DNA of 64,000 nucleotides from Octopus vulgaris. Taxonomy: Eukaryota. Below the pieces are notes generated by a model that saw nothing but the letters and a program-made list of their open reading frames with translations, did no database searches and was not told the DNA's origin. Positions 57,301-64,000 of this stretch are shown here, in pieces. The first letter of the stretch is position 1. Each line of letters begins with the position of its first letter. The translations under genes were made by a program, and so were the position numbers. Where the stretch lies: positions 69,440,001 through 69,504,000 of the forward strand of contig OX597815.1 in the NCBI GenBank assembly GCA_951406725.2, in the 5' to 3' direction.

Positions 57301-58395
57301 GAGATATATATTTACGCTAACATAAATGATTGTGAGAATAACTACTTAAACAGCTATGTATGGTGGTGGGGTGGTTGTTTGCGTGTGTGCATATGTGTGT
57401 GTATCTACTTTTGAACATAAATAGCTATGTGGTTATATAAGATTACATAAGATAATTGTATAACCACTAACAGATATGTACATAGGTGGGTTTGTTGACA
57501 TAAACTGAAATTCTTTTAGAAACATTCACCGACATACTTCCATATACCTTCCCCTCCACACACACACACACACACACACATACACGCACACACACACAAG
57601 CAAATATAGACAATGTGTGTATGTATATCAGTACGTATGTGTGTATGTATGTCTGTGTTTGTGTGTGTGTCTGATTGTTTGTCTGTCTGTGTGTATGTAT
57701 GTATGTATGTGTGTATGTCGGGTCACTTGTGAGTTTTCTCATGAATGCTACTGGTAACATGGAATTCTGTACAACCTGTTGCGTGGTTGGGTCGTCGTCG
57801 ACTAAACCGGCACCCCGCATCAGGCTAGCCTAATGAAGAAACCAGTAGGATTAAACCAGTAGGATTAAAAACACGACCAAAGGAAGGATGAACACGACCA
57901 AAAGGAAGGATGAACTCAGCGTAGTTTCAACGACTATGAAGCAATAGGACGGGCACTCAGAAATTTCGGGAGGTGTCCTGCGTGCTTTTGTCCCCTCAGC
58001 TTTTGTTAAAGCGTGTCTCTCGGAGAGGATCACTCTAATATAATGCTGGATATACAGGGACTGACAGTAGACATTTTTGGGGGTCTTTTGCTTAAGTTTG
58101 AGATCATTGGGTTCTCACACTCCTGAATCTGTGATCCATATTGGCTAGATATCTTGTCTCAACTTGCCTCAAGATCATGTCAATAGCGTGGAAAGGATTT
58201 ATAATGTCATGTAAGCCTTTTTGGATCAAAAATTTTGTACAGGTATTGCTTTGTCAGGAATGGTGATACTCGTCTACGAGTTGAAAGCTATCATGTATGT
58301 ATGTATGTATGTATGTATGTATGTATGTATGTATGTATGTATGTATGTATGTATGTATGTATGTATGTATGTATGTATGTATGTATGTATGTGTG

Positions 58396-58718
58396 AAGGC
58401 GTGTGACTGAGTGATTAGGGCATTCCGCTCACGATTGTAAGGTCGTGAGTTCAATTCCTGGCGACGCGTTGTGTCCTTGAGCAAGACACTTTATTTCACG
58501 TTACTCCGGTCCACTAAGCTGGCAAAAATGAGTTGTGTCTATATTTCGACGGACCGGTCTTGTCACACTCTATGTCACGCTGAATCTCCCCGAGAACTAC
58601 GTTAAGGACCGCACGTGTCTGTGGATTGCTCAGTCACTTGCATATTAATTTCACGAGCGAGCTGTTCCGTTGATCGTATCAGCTGGGACCTTCGTCGTCG
58701 TAACCGATGCAGTGCTCC
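58396..58718 (+). mobile_element. SINE family B, full-length, within (TATG)n
   Basis: Matches 25081-25400. Confidence 0.9.
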
Positions 58719-59249
58719 TATGTATGTATGTATGTATGTATGTATGTATGTATGTATGTATGTATGTATGTATGTATGTATGTATGTATGTATGCATGCA
58801 TGTATGTATGTATGTATGTATGTATGTATGTATGTATGTATGTATGTATGTATGTGCGTATGTTCCGTAACGTGTTTTAGGTAGCTTGACCTGTTATGAT
58901 CTTCCCAGTTGTTAAATTTCGCCACAAAATCCCGTAGTCATTTACTGGATCTCGGTCTTTAGACTTAAAATTGCTATGTTCATTATCTTTGACCTAATTT
59001 ATTTTGCATGTATTACCTTTTACTGAAGGACAAAGACTATTGATTGAAGTTTTAAGCCCCACTTTTAACGCTTACATCTGTCTTGTATATTTTGTTGTTA
59101 ACACATGCATGTCTATGGTCATTAAACATTTCACTGAGCAATCAGCTGTCTCTGCGTTCAATCTCGCTACGCAGAACCTTGGGTAAAGATTATCAACCAT
59201 AGTCTCAGAGTGTGAGTGGAATATAATAAACAATGATCATAAAACCAAC

Positions 59250-59333
<84 letters not shown>

Positions 59334-60956
59334 GTCTGGGTGTTTGTATGTCTGTGTGTATATGTGTATGTGACTTGGAACTTTCGCAGGTCCCGGTTGT
59401 GTTCAAACCGTCATTTTGAACACGACCAGTGATGAAATTTCGAAGTCACTGTCAACTCAGTCATATATATTAGACTTTGGACATGCACTAAACTTATTAC
59501 TCGATCAATGTCTGTTGTCTTCATGCATTTAGAAACATTTATTTTTTATAACACACACATACACACACGCACACACACGCACACTCATATATATGTATGC
59601 ACACAGAAACACATACGCGTATACACACATACCCACATACGCATGCACACACATGGATACAGGCATCTATTAATACATTTCTATTGAACATCTTTCTCCT
59701 GTTAATATCACGTGATCGTTAAAGTAGTACAACTAATCGTGCTAAGAAGTTATTTTAGTTTTCTTTATAAATGCTTCCCTGCACTCAGACATTTATAAAT
59801 GTTATATCAAAATAACTATCGCTTTCTAATTCCTATTCTCCCCCTCCTCCCCTTCTCTCTCCGCTCTCTTTTTTTCTCTTTCTTTCTCCTTCGTCTTTCT
59901 CTCTCTTTCTCTCGCCCTCCTTCTTCACTATTTCTCTTCATTTCTTTCCCTCTCATATCTTTAAACGTTTTGCTTTGACATCACGTGTGAGCTGCAGACG
60001 ATGTAATCGGTTACTATTATATATTGCTGATTCTTAGCCAATTCTAAATATAACTAGGAGAGTACATTCGGAAAATTGAACCACTGGAGGATTCGAAATT
60101 ACGAATATAAATTATAATATATCGTCATGTGCACGATGGACGGCGAGAATCGGGACGATGACATGCATGTTCATTCTTAATAAGTTCTGGTAGATTCCAA
60201 TGTAAATATGCTAATCGTTGCTGTAAGCTTAATTTATAAAGAAGAGTCATTGGTCTGATGCCGCTTTGACCGAGAAGACACAACTATGTCGAAACATCGG
60301 GTGCCCCAAAGTTCTCTTACGCTCATAAACTGTGTTATGAACACATGTTCGTGTGAAAGGAATTGTTATGCAATGAAGAAACAAAACAGCGATTAGCATA
60401 TTCACGTTCGAATCTGTCGGAACGTATTAAGAATGAATAAATATAATTATATTCCCTAAAAATTTCCATCTTATTTGTTTGGTTACTTATTTGTTTCATT
60501 ATTAGAATGCTTTGGCTGTTCCGGTATCTGGCTTACTTATTGATGGAAAGTACCTACAAGTTTTCCTTTATCATTTATTATTAGAAGTCATATTGATCTT
60601 TCCTTTACTCCACTCTGTGCCTTTCTCTCTACCCTTCATTATCCATTTTCTTTCTTTCCTCTCACCCTTCGGTAACACGTGACCATCCTGTTTCGCCTTC
60701 ACTTCCTTTTCCTACTTCCCGTTGACTTCTTCAGTTATTCTTTTTGGTTATCTCGCCTTAGCATTCAATTTCAACCCCAGGATCGTCTTATTTTTCCTCT
60801 TTCGTTCTATCTTTCCCTCCATTTCTTTCATCCTTCAACCTTTCATTCTGTCTTGCTGCCTCTCTACTTTTATTCTCGAGTTTGATAGAACATTTCTCCA
60901 TTAGCGTTACTTCTGTAGATGTCTTGTCATATGCTGTTTCATAGCCGAAAGGCCTT

Positions 60957-60988
<32 letters not shown>

Positions 60989-61134
60989 TGTATGTATGTA
61001 TGTATGTATGTATGTATGTATGTATGTATGTATGTATGTATGTATGTATGCATGTATGTATGTATGTATGCATGCAGGTATGTACGTATGCATGCATGTT
61101 TGTATGTATGTGTGTGTGTGCAAGTGTGTGTTTG

Positions 61135-61213
<79 letters not shown>

Positions 61214-61270
61214 GAGTGTGTGGACAAATGAAAGAAGGGCACTCAATCAATTTATTGGGAGTTATATGTA

Positions 61271-62093
61271 TAGATCAAAACAGTTTGATTCAAATTCGTT
61301 GGTACTTTTGAGTTTCAAGCATAATGCTAGTCGTCAGCCATTTTGAGTTTGAATGACAGAAGTTGATTGTTCTTACTGTATGGTGGGATGCGATTGGTCG
61401 ACGAAGGTCACGCGGTGTCGTGGTTTGATGTTGCTATATGGGTTACAGTTAGTTGGAAAATACCGCTTGGTGAATCGGAAATTGACTACGTGGAGGACAG
61501 GAAATAGACTACGTGGCAATTAAGAAATCGGGCAGCTTGTTGGGGGAGTTGGAAGAGGGCGACATGTGCAAGTATATAGTTTTGTATGTGGGTGAGTAGA
61601 CACGCTCGTATAGTTTTGCGTGCATGTGTATAGTGATGTGAGCGTGTGCATTTGTATATGGGCGCGCACGTGTGTATGTATGTGTGTGCAGACGTGCGCG
61701 TGCGTGCTCTTATACAGATGTGCACGCTCGCATCAATATACACATGCACGCAAAACTATATGTGCCTGTCTACTCACTCACATATAGAACTATATACTTG
61801 CACATGCCACCTCTTCCTAGTCCCCCCAACAACGTGACTGATTTCCTAATCGCCACATAGTCTATTTCCTGTCCTCTATGTCGTCAATTTCCTGTTCACC
61901 ATGCAGTATTTTCCAACTAATTGCTACCCATATACCAACGTCAAATCACGACACCACCTGACCTTCCTCGACCAATCGCAGCCCACCTTACGGTAATAAC
62001 AATCAACTTCTGTTGTTCAAATTCAAAATGGCTGACGAATAGCATCACGCTTGAAACTCATGAGTACCAACGAATTTGAATCAAACTGTTTTA

Positions 62094-62098
<5 letters not shown>
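61271..62098. mobile_element. ~830-bp fold-back (palindromic) element with ~400-bp diverged arms
   Basis: tagatcaaaacagtttgattcaaattcgttggtact... / ...agtaccaacgaatttgaatcaaactgttttaatcta; pairing continues to a centre near 61685. Confidence 0.88.
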
Positions 62099-62182
<84 letters not shown>

Positions 62183-62211
62183 CCTACCTACCTACCTACC
62201 TACCTACCTAC

Positions 62212-62260
<49 letters not shown>

Positions 62261-62305
62261 CATCCATCCATCCATCCATCCATCCATCCATCCATCCATC
62301 CATCC

Positions 62306-62381
<76 letters not shown>

Positions 62382-62429
62382 GTCTGTCTATCTATCTATA
62401 TCTATATCTATATCTATATCTATATATAT

Positions 62430-62640
62430 ATGCTCGTAGCTTAGTTTTTCTAATGCTCGTAGCTTAGTTTTTCCTTGGGGCTGGCCGGATCGGAGCGATC
62501 TCAAGATTAATCAGCCGAAATTGCTACGATGATCCGGTTCTTGACTGAAGATTGAGGGCTTCGAATGTCCCGTCCGTGTTTTTTGTATCGTCTTCTAAGT
62601 GTTTTGCGTTCTTGTCCCAGTTTGTACTTTTCTACATATA
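62430..62640 (+). mobile_element. PLE pLTR-like module (family H3) with a 23-bp 5' duplication
   Basis: ccttggggctggcc..cagccgaaattgc..gaCTGAAGAttgagggcttcGAATgtcccGTC; tgctcgtagcttagtttttc occurs twice. Confidence 0.6.
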
Positions 62641-62944
62641 ATAATTATATATATATACACACATACATATACCATCTACCTGTGTCGTTTTCCATTATGT
62701 CTTGTCCTTATTCTATCTTCGTTTATCGCTTGTTTATGTTTTCGCCATCATCCTTTACGTTCGCTCACTTATTCCAGCAGTTTTTTGCTGTTGATGCTGC
62801 CAGAACGAACAATCTTATCAGTAATGGCGGGAAATTGTGATGAATTTTGGCCGGTGACTACTGAGGGATGAGCATGTCCAAGTGATTTTTCATGTGTTCC
62901 TTTACCGTCCTTCAGTGCAATTTGTTTTACTTATATGCATATGT

Positions 62945-63936
62945 ATGATGATAATCTGATATCTGACATCAAGTATCAGATATCGTTTTGATAGAGGACT
63001 CTTAAACATGGTGAAGCTTCGATCAAGAAATCTCTTCAGTATCAAGCAAATCTCAGAACTCCAGTACGCCGATACAACGTGGCACTCAATCGCTTGTGAT
63101 TAGAACTGCAACAAGCTGTCAATAATTTCACCAATGTTTATCGCCGTAAATAATCGAAAATATCAAGTCCTCACATAACCAGCCCCGAATTTTGCCTTTC
63201 CGGACTTTAACATCATTATTTTGGTAACATCACTGAAGCAATTAATCATTTTGTATACCTTGGAAGTATGCTCTCCGTCAAATGCAATTCTAAGAAAGAT
63301 GTGCAACGAATCGGATTAGCTTATTCAGCTGTCGGTAAACTAACAGAAGCGTGTTTTTAAAAACAAAGACTTAACTTTGAAGACGAAGATTATGGGCTAC
63401 AAAGCTACTGTTATATCCACGCACTTATATGGTTATGAAACCTGGACATTGTATCGCCGCGACATCAAAAAGCTTCAATGCTTTCATCAAGAGAAACTTC
63501 GCTCTCTCTCTTAAACTTCAAGTGGTTTGATTATTCTCCAATAACTCTGTGTTGGAAAGAGTGAATTGCCAAAACATCGAATCTCTAATTATCAAACATC
63601 GTTTTCTATGGGCGAGCTATGTCACCAGAATGAACGATGAACGACTTTCTCGTCAAACCTTAATGAACTGGCAATCGGGAAAAGACAGAGAGAAGCCCCT
63701 CTTCGACGCTACAAAAATCAGCTAAAGTCAATTCTGAAGCAGATCAATTTCGACTCCTGGCTTTTGAGACGACCGCAACCAATCACTTCGACCAATCACT
63801 ATGGCCAATGCAATAACGTGTTCTACGCGAGAATTGGCCTCGTTAGCTTTACTCGCCACCGGCATTAATGGTCCAAATATTCGTTCAGGAGGAGAAATCA
63901 ATCCCTGTATTCAAAAGACGGGCCAGTGACGACGAT
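62945..63936 (+). mobile_element. RTE-clade LINE 3' relic with (TACA)n tail
   Basis: ISELQYAD, HFVYLGSMLS, VFKNKDLTLKTKIMGYKATVISTHLYGYETWTLYRRDIKKL, IESLIIKHRF, GKRQREAPLRRYKNQLK. Confidence 0.88.
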
Positions 63937-63968
63937 ACATACATACATACATTGCATACACACACACG

Positions 63969-64000
<32 letters not shown>

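Noticed and set aside
57850-58292. Possible RTE fragment on the minus strand with adjacent 14- and 21-bp tandem duplications
   Set aside because: No diagnostic motif could be read with confidence, and short duplications are commonplace here.
58396-58470. tRNA-like sequence (also at 17890, 25330-25400, 33700, 34918, 47920-47992)
   Set aside because: These are A/B-box heads of SINEs followed by SINE bodies or fragments, with no clean cloverleaf.
60250-60310. Hammerhead-like CGAGA-A-GACA..TGTC-GAAACATCGG
   Set aside because: The core and cleavage triplet are too degraded and stem I is unconvincing.

Overview
Animal genomic DNA with very high microsatellite density, and almost certainly intronic or intergenic. 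The SINE families and repeat composition resemble Octopus (coleoid cephalopod), which is an inference from memory and was not searched. There is no intact host gene, rRNA, tRNA or CRISPR array, and nearly all ORF-track entries are translations of (TA)n, (TACA)n, (TCTA)n, (CA)n or (AAT)n. The window is a dense record of mobile elements. It holds three tRNA-derived SINE families (about 20 copies), CR1-like and RTE LINE 3' ends, and two R4/Dong-like (RLE) 3' ends sitting in (AAT)n and (TACA)n. It also holds Penelope-like (PLE) RT relics, a mariner pseudogene and MITE, a Charlie-type hAT deletion derivative, a non-autonomous Helitron and a Helentron-like tandem array. The most notable signal is about a dozen short modules, mostly flanked by (TA)n, each carrying a minimal type I hammerhead-ribozyme motif (CUGANGA-stem II-GAAA-palindromic stem III-UH). 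Several have variant cores or oversized stem II, and several form inverted twins; they are best read as PLE pseudo-LTR or retrozyme-like units. Other observations are an in-frame PLE/CR1 chimeric ORF created by nested insertion, a SINE-LINE pair sharing a 3' tail, many long fold-back repeats, and three weak candidate minus-strand host exons. Coordinates were read by eye and element boundaries are approximate.
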